A DNA stretch of 64,000 nucleotides from Novakomyces olei (GCA_016906335.1 JADEYG010000002.1:868001-932000); one strand, 5' to 3'. Positions 37,451-52,185 are shown, counted from the first letter of the stretch. Numbers and translations: made by a program. The notes: a model not told the origin generated them from the sequence alone.

Positions 37451-40400
37451 TTACTCGCTATCACTGAAAACAAGTCTTCGAGAAACAGTGGGACGATGCT
37501 GCCGACTGCTCTCATTAGAGATATCGACGTTGTCGTCTTCGTCGTCTGTCTCGTGAAACAGTCTTTTAACTGATCGTTTCTCAATATGAGGCTCTGGCTC
37601 ATTTCGCAAGCCAGACGAGAGATCCTCGTCTTCGCCGTCCTCAGCACCCTGTTCATCATCATCATCATCATCTTCTTCTTCTTTTTCGTCATCGTCGTCG
37701 ACGGCGTCATCTTCGTCATCAGCTTCAGAATCATTGTCAGCTTGTCTGTCCAACTGACTATGACGGGAAGAAAGCTCAGCTGGGCTTTTGCGCTTACTAG
37801 CAACAGACTTGAGGACAGGCTGCTCAATAGCAGCTGGGCCATTGACGGACAGCCTCTGTCGAAGCTCAGCTTCCCGCCTGAAAAATTGCTCATCGTCCAT
37901 ATCATCGTCAGAATCCACAACATACATGGCACTCTTGATCTGCATCAGTTCTTGCACAGCTTTGTCCTTGTGTCTTATCCTCCTTACTGCTTTTTCTGTA
38001 GCGTCCACTGCATTTTTATGGGGCCTGTGCCGTTTCTTGGGTTTTCTGCTTGTAACTTGGCGAGATTCATTTTCATCAATAAAAGATAAAGCTCCGTCTG
38101 AAATGCTGCTATCTGCGTCATCAGAAGACGTTTGATCGTTCGCTCCTGTGCGGCCTTTGCGCACTGCTCTATAACGAATAAAATCACGAGCAGACTGGTC
38201 TCCAAAGGTAGGTGGGTTATCCACTGCTGCTTTTAACAATTCAAAGCTTTTTTGCATCTCTGCGATTGACAGCGTCGACGGTAAAAAAAGATGCTGATCG
38301 TCATCATCAACCTGTGCTCCAAGAAGCTCTAGCAAAAGTCGCAGGCGCCCGTCTCGGACAAGAGACGTATTGATCTCGTCATTTCCGTTGAACCCTGTTA
38401 AAAATGAGAAGTCAGAATTGACGGAATTTAAACGATGATTGAAGATTGAAAATTCAAAACAAATATAAAACAAAATAAATATAAAAATTGATAATCAATT
38501 ACGAAATGGAATCGACTTACGGTGGACAGGAAATTCAAGCACTCCTGGAGGCAGCGAGGTTTCGTCTGTTACGTTATAGCGCGCCAAAGCTTCTGAAAGC
38601 CATAAGTTGCGAGTAGACAGAGCTTCATTATAAACTGTTTTCACCCAGTCAAGCAATTCATCTTTTTGCTTCTCCAATAAAGCAGCAACTAGTACTCCGA
38701 TCCTGTCAGAGTCGGCAATACTCGATTTAATTTCAAGACGAGCCGCAATTTTATTAGAATTCTGTTTGACTTGCGTTGGCAGCTCTGTTCCGGTCTGGAG
38801 AAAATGCGCTGTACCAGGAAGTTTCTCGAAAAGTAGTTCGACATAGAGAATAGGACACAGGGCTAATGATTTGACGAGTTTCCGTACAGTGAACTTTACA
38901 AGGTTTTCAAAATCCTTGCGCGTAGAGTCTTTAACTGAAAGACCGACCTTGTCGTTGATTATAGTATGAAACAACAATAAAATATCGACTCTGTACAAGA
39001 ACGTTTGGGCATCCTTCTTGACAAAGATACGGTGAAAAAATGAGACGATACGCCACAATTGATCAGAATCAAGTTCTTGGTAAAACTTTAAAAGAGCCAC
39101 AAAGTTGTCGACGATTTTTTCGCTCAATATTTTCTGGATAATTAGCATTTCAATGTTTATGAAGGCGACCATACATTTTCAAATTTAGAAAATTCAAACG
39201 CACGATCTTTACTGACAGTGTGCGACTCTTTTAGCGCTGCAGCATTCGCTTCTTTTACTTGGGCATCGTCCATCAAATTTTTCCTTTGCCTCTGCGCATA
39301 ACGCCTCGAACGGATAAACATGTACTGTTTAGAACTCGAATACTTTTCGAGCATTCGCAAAAAAACACAGAGCAAATCAGTGGAGGCATCGAGAAATCTG
39401 CACGAAAATTAGTGAATCGCAGTACATTTGTTTCATTATACCCCTTTGTTCTGTTATTTTGTTGCTTCGCTATACTGATTACCAGATCAAGCGTTGTCTC
39501 TTGGTAGAAGATGCGGCTTTGCAGATTCTCCGCAATACGCTGAAACTCATCTGTGGAAGAAAGTTCCATGGTTTGTATTACTAGTAATATCTCCTTAAAG
39601 GCATGGAGCCCTGATTGTGAAACTGACCAGTCCTAAAATATCAGCTTTCTAGTACATTGAAGGCAACCTACCTTTCCCTCAAAAGAGGCACGAAGCAGCC
39701 TGTTCAGCAAAATTAGTGATCTTTCATCCAAAACACAGCCAACAAGGCCCCATTCTCCATCTTCGTCAAAATCGAACTCTTCTGCTCCGCTTTTTTGTAA
39801 ACCAATCCGCAACCGCAGACAGTTCAAAAAATATCCAATCAAGTAGAGGTAGCACGCCGGATGAGACGCATTTAGAGTCTCATCTTCTCTTTCAAAATTC
39901 CGCAATAAAAGTATAAAGAAAGCTTTGTTCTGGTAAGCTCTCGGCAGGATACATATGATAAAGCAACTTACGGTTAAACGACGAATCGAGAAAATCCTCG
40001 CAGAATTTGTGCAAGATATTCTGCGCTCTCCCGTACAACACCACAGCCTGGTCAACATCGGCCTTTCAAAATTAGGTTTGTTCCTCGGAAAAGACAAGCA
40101 AAAAAATTATATACAATCTTATGTTCGAGATCAACTTACTATTCTATTCGCACCCCTCTTTGGCCGCCTCCATTTCTTGGCGTCATCCAATGCTTTCAAG
40201 GAATTCTCAGAGACAGCAGGGGCCCGACCGGACACGGAGAGCCGCTGATTATCATTCGTGACAATTGATACCATCGTACCGAACCGGTTATGCCGTGTAG
40301 GGGCGTGTAATGATCGGACACGCGCTACGTCCTTCTCTTTTTGGAGAAGATTACCAAGTTCGTTTAGAGGTGCAACTGTTCTGGTGTACAATGCCGAGGG

Positions 40401-41186
40401 TTGGGTCCCCCGGAAAATGCAGAATAGTATTTCCAGTAAAACTGCTCCATGATCAGAGAACTGTTCTCCAATGTTGCTGGCAACAACTAGAATAAAATCA
40501 AAAATATGTGCATCTGCAAAGCTTTCGACGAGGTCATTTTTCGGTCCAGATTGATCAATCTCTGCAATATTCCGTAGTAAATATAAAACCAGACGAAAGA
40601 CAGATTCATCGCGCGCACGGCGTTTATGCGGAGAAATTTCCATAATTTCTGTCGCCACCGACAGAATCGCCGAAAGCACTTCCGTTTCCAATAAGCATTT
40701 TTTATAAACCGTTTGTGCTAGACGAAGGACTGGATACTGATTTAACTGCTCATGGCTTATATTTTGAGAATCAAGGTCCATCGGCCAAGTCAAGGGCACC
40801 AGAAGCTCGACTATGGCTGTTAGCAAAAAACAGAAAATACCAGACAAATTGAAAAATCGAAAAGTGAGGAAAACCGATTAAAAGAAAGGCAGCTTACCAC
40901 ACGCAAGAGCTATGCGACGCATAGATTTGGGGCAATTGCCATTATCATACGAAATCTTGAGAATCGCGCATAAATCCGTCTGTACAAAGTTATGATCGGC
41001 TATAAAAGCCTTTACATCCCAACTATTGCCGTGCTCATCATGGTACTGCAGCCACCGCTTCAAATCCTTTAAACAAGCCAGACAATCATCGCCCAAGACG
41101 TACTGCGCAGGCTCGGTAGATGCGTCATAACCTCCAACTGCGGAAACCACGTTCTGTAAGACTGCATTCATAGTAGCATCCGACAT
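37451..41186 (-). CDS. TOF1: Fork-protection protein Tof1/Swi1/Timeless, multi-exon
   Basis: VSAVGG..YVLGDDCLACLKDLKRWL, ELLVPLTWP, TRHNRFGTM and AENLQSRIFYQ; acidic C-terminus. Confidence 0.9.
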
Positions 41187-41290
41187 GCTGCCAAACAAAC
41201 CAAAGCAAAGACCTAGTGAGTCGTTTGCTACTTTTGAAATCTTGAATCACAACAGACGTATTTCATTTCAACAGCCAATGTTCATAATTG

Positions 41291-41319
41291 TCGCGTAGAC
41301 TTTAGGCAACGCGACGCGT
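41291..41319. promoter_or_regulatory. MCB cluster upstream of TOF1
   Basis: TCGCGT 41291-41296 and ACGCGACGCGT 41309-41319. Confidence 0.7.
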
Positions 41320-41396
41320 TAAATTACTAAATAGATTTATTTGAGATTAGAATACAATCAAATAATACAAATATCCAAGTTATTTTTATACCTATT

Positions 41397-41412
41397 AACC
41401 CTAACTAACCCT
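41397..41412. promoter_or_regulatory. Telomere-like promoter element (exact 16-mer)
   Basis: AACCCTAACTAACCCT about 210 bp upstream of the TOF1 ATG. Confidence 0.75.
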
Positions 41413-41788
41413 ATCGATATTGGTTGCAAACTTCACCGATCAGTCGACAGAATGCAAAGCGTTTTGAGCTCTTTTACGGTTAGAACATGATGGGATTATG
41501 AGAATTGCAACAAAAGGAACATAGCAGCAAGCTTTGATACGAGCGTATCAGTTAGATCCACGATGTTTATGCAATCTGCTAACACATATCGGAATCAATT
41601 CTAAAAGACAAATTAACTCCAAATCGCACACAAAGCCATAGAAATAACAGATAGCTTAAATAATAGACGAAAATTAGAGGCAATGCAAATTATCATAAAT
41701 TGTACACTATGAAATCTAATTCGACCAAGCTTATGTAATAATCCCTTTAAAGACCCTGAATCAAATTATCTAGCAGTAGTCCAAAAAA

Positions 41789-44700
41789 TCACCAGAAAGA
41801 GCACCAGCCAATATACAGCTGGCAAAGATTTTCAACGCTTGTAGCTTGCTGGATGAGCCGTTCAACCTGATTACGGACATCCAATTCATTATTGGGCTTG
41901 AAATCGCGACCAGTCAATTTATTGGAAACGCGATTTAATACACTGACAGCTCTCTGGTTCAGTACTTCAGGGCGATAAATATTTTCAAGGGACAATTCAC
42001 TTTCGTCCATGTTTTGTCGTTTAGCCAAAGGCCGATCAGTCTCATGGTCCTCATCTCCATTTGTCACATCCTTCTTTTCATCGACTGGGCTCGGCTGTGT
42101 ATTTATCAAGCGCCAATTGATTAATGGATCATAGACGAATGCTTCAAGTACAGCCATTAATGACTCTTTGTGATCGCGCAGCACACGCATAACATGCTCG
42201 CAAGTGATACGAAAGCTCCCCTCGATTCCACTAACTTCCATAGCGTTAATCAGCATACGAGTAAGGCGAAATGGAACCTTTTCTGGGAATTTTTCTCTGT
42301 GCATTGCCACCTCAAAACAATCACCGAAATCAATGTGAATAATCTTGCCGGAGTATCGATGGAGCATGAGATTCGAAGGGTGCCGATCTCCCAATCCTAA
42401 AATGTAGCCCACCATAGACATGACAGCAAGAGATCTGGTATAGTTTGTCCTCCGATCCAGCCAGGCTTCAGAGCTACGGCTCTTGAGCCAGAGAACACGG
42501 TACAAATCCTGGCCCGTTGTATTGTGCAGGGAATATTCAAACACTTCAATCTTTTGCAGAAGTGTAAGATTATCATAATCCGGCGCCATTTGCAACATGA
42601 GCCGGTGTTCGATATTAAGGAGAATCTTTCGGCTTTCCCTATAATCACGAATAAGAACATGCAGTGTATCGCTGTCCGGCACCCAGCCGATGAGCCCGGA
42701 ATTTTGTGAGAGCGGAATAACCGGGAACCGTTCCACATTTAAATGGCGCTTAAAGCATTCGGAATCAACGGAAAGCAAGGTGTTTACTAATCCAAACAAC
42801 TGCATTACCCTTTCATCCTGACGAATATCCTCGTGACCCTTCAAAGCGTACTGGTAGTCCTTACCATCACTGCCACGAATGGTTAGCCGACGAGGCCGTT
42901 GCTTCGAGGGAATGACTGTGAATGTTGGATTAAAATGTTCAATGCGCACGATTGGCTTGCCGCTCTGGTAGGAGCCCGGCATAGCGATCTCGAGCCCACG
43001 GGCCACTAGCAGCTTTGGCGACACATACTGCAATTCCAGGGTTGTAAGCTGTGGGAGCTGTTTGCTGATTTTTTTGAATACTTGATAGTACAAGTCCCAA
43101 GCTTGATTCAAATCAACTGTGTCCCCACTCCGCTTGTACTTATTACACCACTCTCTGGCCTCCTGCAAATCGCGTCCAAAGGCCTGATAAAAGGAAATTT
43201 CTCTCAGCGTTTCTGGGCCACGCTCCAGCATATCATGCAGAGGTTCGAGCGTGGCAAACATGGCCTTTATATTATGGTCTCCAAAGTATAATCGGGAAGC
43301 TTCCTCCAGTCCTTCGTGCCACTGTTCATGCCACAATATGGCCACTCGAATAAGCTCTTGGCTCACTAACAGCGCTTGTTCCACTAAATGAGGACTGTGT
43401 GTCCGCATGTTGTCCATGATGGAAATAGCGGACCTTTGCCGGGAAGTGCTCTGCGATTTTGAGGCAACAGTTATTGGGTAGACCAGAGCTTGTGGATGCG
43501 CTCGTCCAACGTCAGACAAAAGCTGGTGAATACTCCTTCTAACAAGACTGCTAGGCGCATGAATCCGGGCAATCAACTGTGGGACTACTTCCAGCCACGT
43601 GTCAATACTAACGGTGGAAAATCCCTCGTTTACGACGTAATTTACTTCGGGCCGGCCTCCAAAGTTGAACCATAAAGTAAGAAGACGCAGAGTATTTTGT
43701 AACGAGCTTCCTGAGCTGAGCGCAATCGAACGGAAGAAACCATTGATTGCGGGAATTACATTGCGCTGTATTACATCGTTGGAAGGCTCCTCTTGAGTAT
43801 CATGATGGGGAACCGCCTGGAAATTAGCCAAGGCCCACGAGTGCCAAGCCTTGTACCAGTCTCTGTCGAACTGGGTTGCCAGATAATAAGAATGTAAGAC
43901 GCTCTTCTCGACCTCTGGCTGAAAAGAAGGGTTAAGGGCAACCTGCCAATCTCCCTGTTTATGGTAGCATCGAGCCAGTAATTTTGTATAATTTTCCAGG
44001 TTAGATTGGCTATTTGTTCCGGCTGCCGCACCATTGCTTGCGATACCATTTGGAGGGGAGGAAGAAGCATTTGTATTTGTTGCTACTGCTGCATTTGCAG
44101 TTGCATTAGCTACTGCACTTATTTGCGGGCCAGAATCATCAATTTCGAGTCCAATGTCAATGGCCAGTTTAGAGGTAAACTCCTTGAGATGGCTCAATGC
44201 TTCATCCCTCTCCCCCAAAGTCCACATGAATTTGAGATGCGCATACACGACTCGGGGCGAAGTGTTTGTAGTCGAAGAAATATTCAACACAGATTCATCT
44301 TCGTCAAGCAGCGAGTTGAGCGACTTTTCTGCCAGTCCCAGCCGGCCAGACTTGCTGCAGAGATTTGCAAACTTTATCCACATCTCCATGTTCTCCTTGG
44401 GCGATATCACTAGAGCTCTGACTTTGAGCATCCTCTGCCATACTTCCACATTGTGCTGACAGCCTTTCAATCGCTTCATCCACGTAGTACGGATAGACTG
44501 CTGCTTAGCCGGGTTATCGCTCGCCTGTTTGTACATTATGATCTCATCCAACTCTGCCAGCATCTGGACACGCACGGTCACACTATAGGCACGATTGTAG
44601 CTCTCGCCTACTAGCGCGGTAAGTTCAGTGTCCAGCAAATCACGTGCCTTTGCAATCTGTGCTTTAGCATCCTTGAAATTATTGCTGTGCAGGGAAATAA

Positions 44701-47700
44701 TTGCTCGGAAAAAGGCTCTGTCGGGAGACTCTGTACGCATAACAGAGATATAATCGTCCATTAGCTCCCACCGACCCAGGCCCCAAGCGGCTGCTGCGGC
44801 CAAGGGCGCAATTGACCTGCGCGCTTCCTGGTTTGCGTGTATCCATTTCACCTGAGCCAGCTGTGAAAGCAGATCCCACTCGCCTAGAGCATGTAAACAG
44901 CGCATTTTACCCATTGTTACACTAAAATTATTAGGCTCTGTCTCAGCGCGTCTCTCGTAAGCTGCCAGAGCATCCTCCCACCTTTGCAGCTTCTCGTACC
45001 AGGTTGCTTTAAGCTCTAGTTTGTGATGAGCTTGAGCATAGCCCAAGATGCCTATGGCCGCGTCTGGCTGTTGCAACTGATTATTGATACTAATCAGGGC
45101 CTCTATTGTATCCGTCAAAGGCTCATTTATAAACTCGAGTTCCTTGTAATGAAGAGCTTTTGCAAAAGCATGACATTTAGCAGCATAGGCGCCAAGAGTA
45201 CGAATATCAATAGGCAGAGCTTTGTCATCGTGCTCCATAAACTCGGCCAAGTTCAATAAGATTTGCAAGATTTCAGGAGGGATGTTTGGTGAAGTCAACG
45301 CTGTTTCTATCGATTTAACCAGCTCGTCCTGGTACTGTTCATACAATTCTGTCCAACAAGAAACAAACCCAGCATTAAAAAGCTCTCGTGCTAGTGGATA
45401 GTAGACACCTGCTAATCCAGCACAAGCTCTTAGCGCATGCGAAGGCGATTCTTTAAGCAGTTCCACACTAAGCCTACGGATCCACTCTAGCCAGTCTTCA
45501 CGAGTAGATCTCTGAGAAGCTTCCCAGGCGTTCTTCAGATGCTGCTGATTAACAGGCAGCTTTTTGGCCCCAGTTTCCGGTTTGATCATACTCTCCTGCA
45601 CCACACTTTCAAATCGTTCGTCCGGATTAAGGTCCTGAGGTAGTGATTCGCCGCGTAGCAGCTTTGATACAAGTACATCGTAATTGTGATGCTGGATTCT
45701 GTTGTTCAAAAGGCACTTGTTTATCATGGGAATAAAAATTGCATAATCGTACCCTAATTGAAAGATCATTGCGCACAGAGTGTCCATGGCGGTCATGCGC
45801 AGCTCTGCGTTAGGATTACTAAGAATCCGAGCCAGGGGGTGAATGATACGCGAAGCATGATCAGAGATGTTGACGCGACGCGAAAGCTGTGCAACTGCTT
45901 TTATGGCCGTCCGCCTTAGTTCAAGAGGCGAGTCGTTGCGTTCAAACATTTTGACAATAACCGGAAGGATCAAGTGCATGTATTCCTCAATGTTTGAACC
46001 AAACACAATAAAGGTATGGAGCACTTTTTGTGCTGCGGCCCGGCTGGTGCTCTCGTCCAAATCAAAAATTTGTAACATTAGCGGTAATAAAGCAGGAAGA
46101 TGGATTTTGAACTCTCCATCCAGCGCAATTGCAATCGATTCTACCAGCGACAAGAGTGTAATTTGCAGATCAAGCTTGGGGTTCCAAAAGTCTTTGATAA
46201 GATCAAATATTTCGGGTAAAAAGTTCCGTATATGCTGCTTCACAATGGTCACTAAAATGCCAAGTTGTTGGAAATAAAATTCCAGTATATTCGGAGGAGC
46301 ATTACGCATTACTGCCAGAAACCCGGGGACAATTTGGCCCAAAAAGGCGACACATTTCAACCCAAGCGTTTTAAATATATACATAACAGCCTGAATGACG
46401 GCAGTGTGGTGAATTCCAAGAGATGGATCTCGTAAAATATTCATAAGTGTAGTTATAACCACGGTAGGAAAGTAGTCTTCCGACGAAGGTCCCATTCCGG
46501 CCATGAGCAATGACACATCCGGGCTGATAGTTTTTTGCTCTTGAATATGTTCTTCATCCTTTGACTCGATTATTTGGTACCTATAGGGATCCAGAGCACC
46601 CAATATCCCAATCACTTTAACAGTTTCCCGTCGTATGGAATGAGCCTGTTCTGTTTTCAGTATTCCGACTAGAATATTGAGGAGTGAAGGATAGTCGATA
46701 TAGGGCTGAACAACGTAACCCGAATTTCGTGAGAGCTGGCCTAAAGTACGTAGAGCAGCTTCCCTCTTCATCGGTGAGCTCTGGTCCTGCAAAGTTTCAA
46801 TAATAAGTGGCATAAATTGCGGTATATAGGGCTTCAGGTCCTCGCCTCCAACTTCTGCTAATTCGCCCAAAGCGCCTAAAACACTTGACGCTACACCAGG
46901 ACTCGAGTCATGGGATTTCGGCAATAAGACTTTAAGCATTGGCTCAACATAGGGCCTGATTAGTTTACGAGCTGCCTTGACCAGCAAGCTTAGGAGCTTT
47001 GCACTTTCTTCCTTGTTGCGGCTAATTGAAGAATACTCGAGATCTGTCAGCAATTGAATCAAGGTCTTTCGCAAAGATGGCATAACATAAGCAGGATTAT
47101 GAACAGTCAACCGGCCAATTGTGGTTATAGCAACTTCTCGAATAGCAAAATATTCATCATTAAGGGCAATGAAAAGCGATCGAATATTATCTGCTTGAGC
47201 CAGATGACGATCAAAACGCTCGTCAAGCGAGGAAAGAACGATAAGCCTGATAGAGGGATCAGGATCAGCAATTCCAACGGTCAACAGCTTCTCCAAAACT
47301 TCCCCAACAACTTGAATGGCATAATTGCTTGTTTGATAACAAATAGGATCCCGAACAAAGAGTTGACAGCACGTGACGGCTGCTGCTTTACGAACTTCGG
47401 GACTATCATCCTCCAAATACGATATGGCGCAATCCCGTACAAACTCGTTCAAAGCGTGTCCGGAAAAATCGAAAGTGCCCAACGTTTTCAAAGCAAGTAC
47501 AATAAGCTCACTGTCCTTCAAATCAACCGACATCGTGGACAAATCTCGCGCAATTCCGTTTTGCACACCCGCACGGACATTAGCCGGACTGCCCGGAGGC
47601 TGAAATGGTTTTCCACTAAGAATAAGACTGAGCATGTTTATTAATCGGTCCTGTACAGGATTAAGGAGAGGCGGAATATAGTGGCCGATGTCCGCGAGAG

Positions 47701-49080
47701 CTTGACGAAGGTCATTGCTAAGCCCACAGGCAAACATCAAGTCCAATATATCATGATGCATGTATTTCGTAAGAGACTGTCCGATAGCCCGGGCCAGCAT
47801 TGAAATGCACTGGAACACCTCTGCTTCGTTTGCTGTTTTACTGCGGTTCTTTACGGATAAGTTTTCGCGGATAGCAACCATTATAGAATCAAGGTATGGA
47901 TTAGTAGCGCTACCAACCGCAGCAGCAACATGACCAATAGCAATAAACGCCGGCGCTCGCTCGCGTTCTCGTTTTAACTGCTGCAATAGATGCGTCATTG
48001 ATTTGTGCAGATAAGACTTGATAAATTCGGCAGGATTATACGCCGCTAACGTGGGGATTAACAAAATTACAGACCGTCGGACGAGGTAATCCTTGTGATC
48101 CTTGTACTTCAATACAATTTCACAGACTTCATGGTATCGTTCATGCATAAACATACCCGCCTTCAACAAAAGCTCGCGATAGACCAGTAAACTCCCATGA
48201 ATAGCTTCTGGAGTACCCAATTTGAGGCCGAATTGCGCCTGCTCCAGCGTTTTTATATAGTACTGAGTTCGTAGCGAGCTTTCCCTCTGATATATTATTT
48301 CCAAACAAGTGCTTAAACACTCTGCTGCACTGTTGCGAATTTGCACTTTTGAGTCCCTCAGAGCACCCCATAAAGCATCCAGTATTTGTGATACATAAGA
48401 GTATATTAGAGTAGGAGAGTTTACTGCTAATTCCTGCAGGACTAAAACGGCTGCCAGTCTTCGATTGCCGTGGCGATCGCCTTGTAGCCACTCTAGAGCC
48501 CTACGCACTTCAAACTCAACAAACTCCGCTGTTAAGGTCCCACCAGGTAAAGCCAGACGGCCCAGGGCTTTAGCCGCAAGTGTCATTGTCTGGATATCAT
48601 TTCCTGGAAGTGCCAAGCGTAGATAATTGGCAAAACGAGTGATCTTCGTCGTGTTCTCCTCGCCCTCATAGTCTATAAGCTTGTCTATTTTTGTTAATGA
48701 AAATATCGAGCAAAAGACATTATATTGATCATACCAATGGCAATAATCCCACCCAGGCGATCATTGTTCTCGTTTGAATGGATCAATTCAAAAATACGGC
48801 GATTGATCTCGTTGTTGAACCGGGTCAGTTGTTCACCCGATAACTCACGTGATTGGCTCGCCACCTATGCCGCATAGAAAAAGAATAGAGTAAGTAAAAG
48901 CTTCAGGACATTCTACTTTGATATTTCGTCACATACGTATTCACGTAGCTCGCCCGCCGCATGACTCCGTACATCTTCGGTTCTGTTGTTAACTGCTTGT
49001 TGCACATTTAGATTCTTACCTGCTACGCAGATCCTCAAAGATTGCATTCATTGCGAAACTGTTGATGCGTGTTCCATCAT
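41789..49080 (-). CDS. TOR: Target of rapamycin PIKK kinase, with short 5' exons
   Basis: HEAT repeats, FRB ([19 protein letters not shown]), [30 protein letters not shown] and FATC ending GWCSFW. Confidence 0.97.
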
Positions 49081-49251
49081 GACTCGCACATAATATCGAT
49101 ACACAAGTAGGCGTGTGTTGGCGAAGCGGTCAATATGCCGTAGTGTTTGATCAGTCAACCGTTCAGCTATAAATAATTGTGAATAACACACTCACATAAT
49201 TAGATATATCGATGGAATATGCTTATTGTATTTCCCGATAAATCAAATCAC

Positions 49252-49267
49252 AACCCTAACTAACCCT
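49252..49267. promoter_or_regulatory. Telomere-like promoter element (exact 16-mer)
   Basis: AACCCTAACTAACCCT about 170 bp upstream of TOR, preceded by ATCAC. Confidence 0.75.
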
Positions 49268-49542
49268 AGATTATCTTTGAACTATTTAGTTCTGTGTTTC
49301 GTAGTATAATAAAAGTATATCGGCTTACATCTATACTCTTCCAAATTCTTAGAATTCATGAATTATTCGGGTCCAATAGACGGCTAATTAATATATGGCG
49401 GCACGAATTGGCAGATGCAGTCTCCTCCGTCTAGTGCATGTCATGGCAAGATATCTTTAATATAGCTAATTATGCAAAAAACACGAACCACAGGGGCATG
49501 ATGCAATGCTACAATGATTTCAAATTTTCTATGCAATGCGTC

Positions 49543-50959
49543 CTATTTCTTTTGAGTTTGCCGGACCTGCTCAATCAAAGTGTCCACCATTTCCACACTG
49601 GCACTAGGATTGCCCTTGTTATACACAAACAGCCCCTGTAACATGGCAGGGCTCACATTTAAATCCGTGGCAGAAGCAAGTTTGCGACAGAATTCGTCAG
49701 CAGCAGAGTCCTCACCTTCGTAAAAGCGTAGGAACATTTGCCGAACTTGAGCCGGCGACGCATTATCGAGCAAACTCATACGGTCTACGCGCCCAGGCCG
49801 AATTAGCGCTGGATCAAGCCGGTCCAAATGGTTTGTAGTCATAAATATTATGCGTTCTTCCGCTGACATTACACCATCAAGCGCGTTAAGCAGCCCGCTA
49901 AAAGTTACGTTCGTAGCACGGTATCCGGCTTCAGTACCGGCCTTTTCACGGCCTAAAAAGGCAGCGTCGATATCCTCCAACAGCAATATACATCGCTCCG
50001 GCAAATTCGACATTAAAAAGTTTAGCTTGTCATCCGTCAGGCCCCGCTCAGACAGATTTAAAACACAAATGTTGTACTCCATGTCGCCCGCCAATGCGTA
50101 TATAAAACTTGTTTTCCCACTTCCCGGGGGCCCATACAAGAGGTAGCCTCGTCGATACGGGATGCCACGGTCAGCGTACCACTGGCGTGAGCAAACAAAA
50201 TCCCGTACGTCCCTCAACAAGGACTCTTTTACATCTCCATCGAGAATGACACTATTCAAAGATCTCCGGGTCCGTGGCTGCCCAAAAGGCCTCCATTCAG
50301 TACCCCAAGCAGTGTATATCACAGTCTTGCCCTGTTCATTACGTAGTGCTAGTTCGCGTGCTGCCTGCAGCATCGCATAAAAAACGCCCCGGTCTCGGGC
50401 AAGAGTGGTAAGCGTTACCGTTTCCCACGGAGACCCTGTAGTCAAGTCAACGATTTTACCGCTTCGAGCGCGTTCCACTTGGATCCAACAGCCACCGTAC
50501 TTTATAAAGTGCTTGCCCAACCCAGGGACTAGCTCAAATGTTGCCTTTGCCTTTCCGCCATCACGTTGGGTAAAGTGGGTCTCCACTGCCAAATGGTGAG
50601 ATCGTGGAACATTGTCTGCCATCCACTGAAGAAACCAATAATACGACTTATCCTTGGAAGGGATCTCTAGTGTAACCAGCATTCGCCGTTTTGCTACAGT
50701 TGCTGCTTGCACTACACCCCGCCGTGCAATAGCGGCAGCGCCACCCAAAACCATGAGACCAGCGCCCTGTACGAGTTAGTATTCTAGAATAAAGAGGACT
50801 GGACTAACTCCTTTTTCGAAATCAAACAGCACAGTTATTGGCAAAGTTTCTTACCGCACTCATAAACTGATTGTCTTGTAACAAGCCGGAGAGCCACGAT
50901 CGTGGCCGTTCGTCGAGCCCATTTCGCTCGTTAAGAGCGGCTCCCGTATTTGCTTGCAT
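49543..50959 (-). CDS. BCS1: Mitochondrial AAA chaperone Bcs1, 2 exons
   Basis: DNQFMSA|GAGL, TLEIPSKDKSYYWFL, GIPYRRGYLLYGPPGSGKTS and LDPALIRPGRVD. Confidence 0.95.
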
Positions 50960-51096
50960 TTTATAGTGAACGCATGTCTTGTACCGTGGAGATATTGCAG
51001 CAGCAAGTGAATAGTTGTAGAGAGGTAAACCCTAATCACGTAAATTGTGATGTGACGGCATCTGCTTTCATTTTATACGATAAAAAGCTAAAGTAT

Positions 51097-51112
51097 AACC
51101 CTAACTAACCCT
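51097..51112. promoter_or_regulatory. Telomere-like promoter element (exact 16-mer)
   Basis: Centre of the BCS1/PRE8 divergent promoter; extra half-site TAAACCCTAA at 51026-51035. Confidence 0.75.
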
Positions 51113-51278
51113 ATACCCTTTTCTGCGCGATACAGGTGTTCAGAATTAGAGCGTAGTGGTATAGAAGGGATTCCTTACTTTCCGTATAACGGCTTTCGTA
51201 ATATAGCATTACAGTAATAATTGATACTATACGGAGTACGCAATTAGCTCTACACACACGTAAGCACAAGCTCCAATC

Positions 51279-52185
51279 ATGAGCGATCGGTAAGAGTATT
51301 GAAAAGTTTCCCTGCTAATTGCAAAGGTATGCTTTTTCGCTTACGACCTTCTCGCCAAGTGGAAAGCTTGTGCAGATTGATTATGCTCTCACTGCCGTGA
51401 ATCAGGGTGTTACGTCTCTCGGTATTCGTGGTAAGAGCAACGACCGACAAAAGAATTGTCTTTTGCTTACATCAAGCTGCAAATGGAGTAGTCATCGCGA
51501 CGGAGAAAAAGTCTGCGTCTTCATTGACGCTGCAACACACGATTGAGAAAGTATGCAGAATCACTCCTGACATTGGAGCAGTATACTCGGGTATGGGCCC
51601 TGATTATCGTGTCCTCGTGGACAAGGCCCGTAAAGTAGCACACACCAACTATAAGCGCATTTATAATGAGGAACCTCCCACCAAAATTCTGGTTCAGGAG
51701 ATTGCAAAAATCATGCAAGAGTCTACTCAATCTGGGTATGTTGTCTGGGATCTAGTCTGTCGTTATGATCTTTCTTTGCTTTGTTTTCTTTAAACACAAG
51801 GAATTAACGTTTAAGGGGTGTGCGGCCGTTTGGTGTAAGCTTGTTGGTGGCCGGCTATGATGAAAACTCTGGCCCGACGCTATGGCAAGTAGATCCCTCG
51901 GGATCGTACTTCCCGTGGAAGGCAACAGCAATCGGCAAGGGAGCAACGTCGGCCAAAACTTTCCTGGAAAAACGATACAATGAAGATATTCAACTAGATG
52001 ACGCTATAACTACGGCACTACTTACTTTGAAGGAAGGGTTTGAGGGTGAAATGTCGCCAGAGACTATTGAAATTGGTATAGTGGGACCGCCAGAGACACG
52101 ACTCAGCGGGATTGAAGGCCGTCCCGGTCCAAGGTTCCGGCGTTTAAGCGTGGATGAAGTACGGGATTACCTTGACCAGATATGA
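51279..52185 (+). CDS. PRE8: 20S proteasome alpha-2 subunit, 4 exons
   Basis: [46 protein letters not shown] and [17 protein letters not shown]. Confidence 0.95.
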
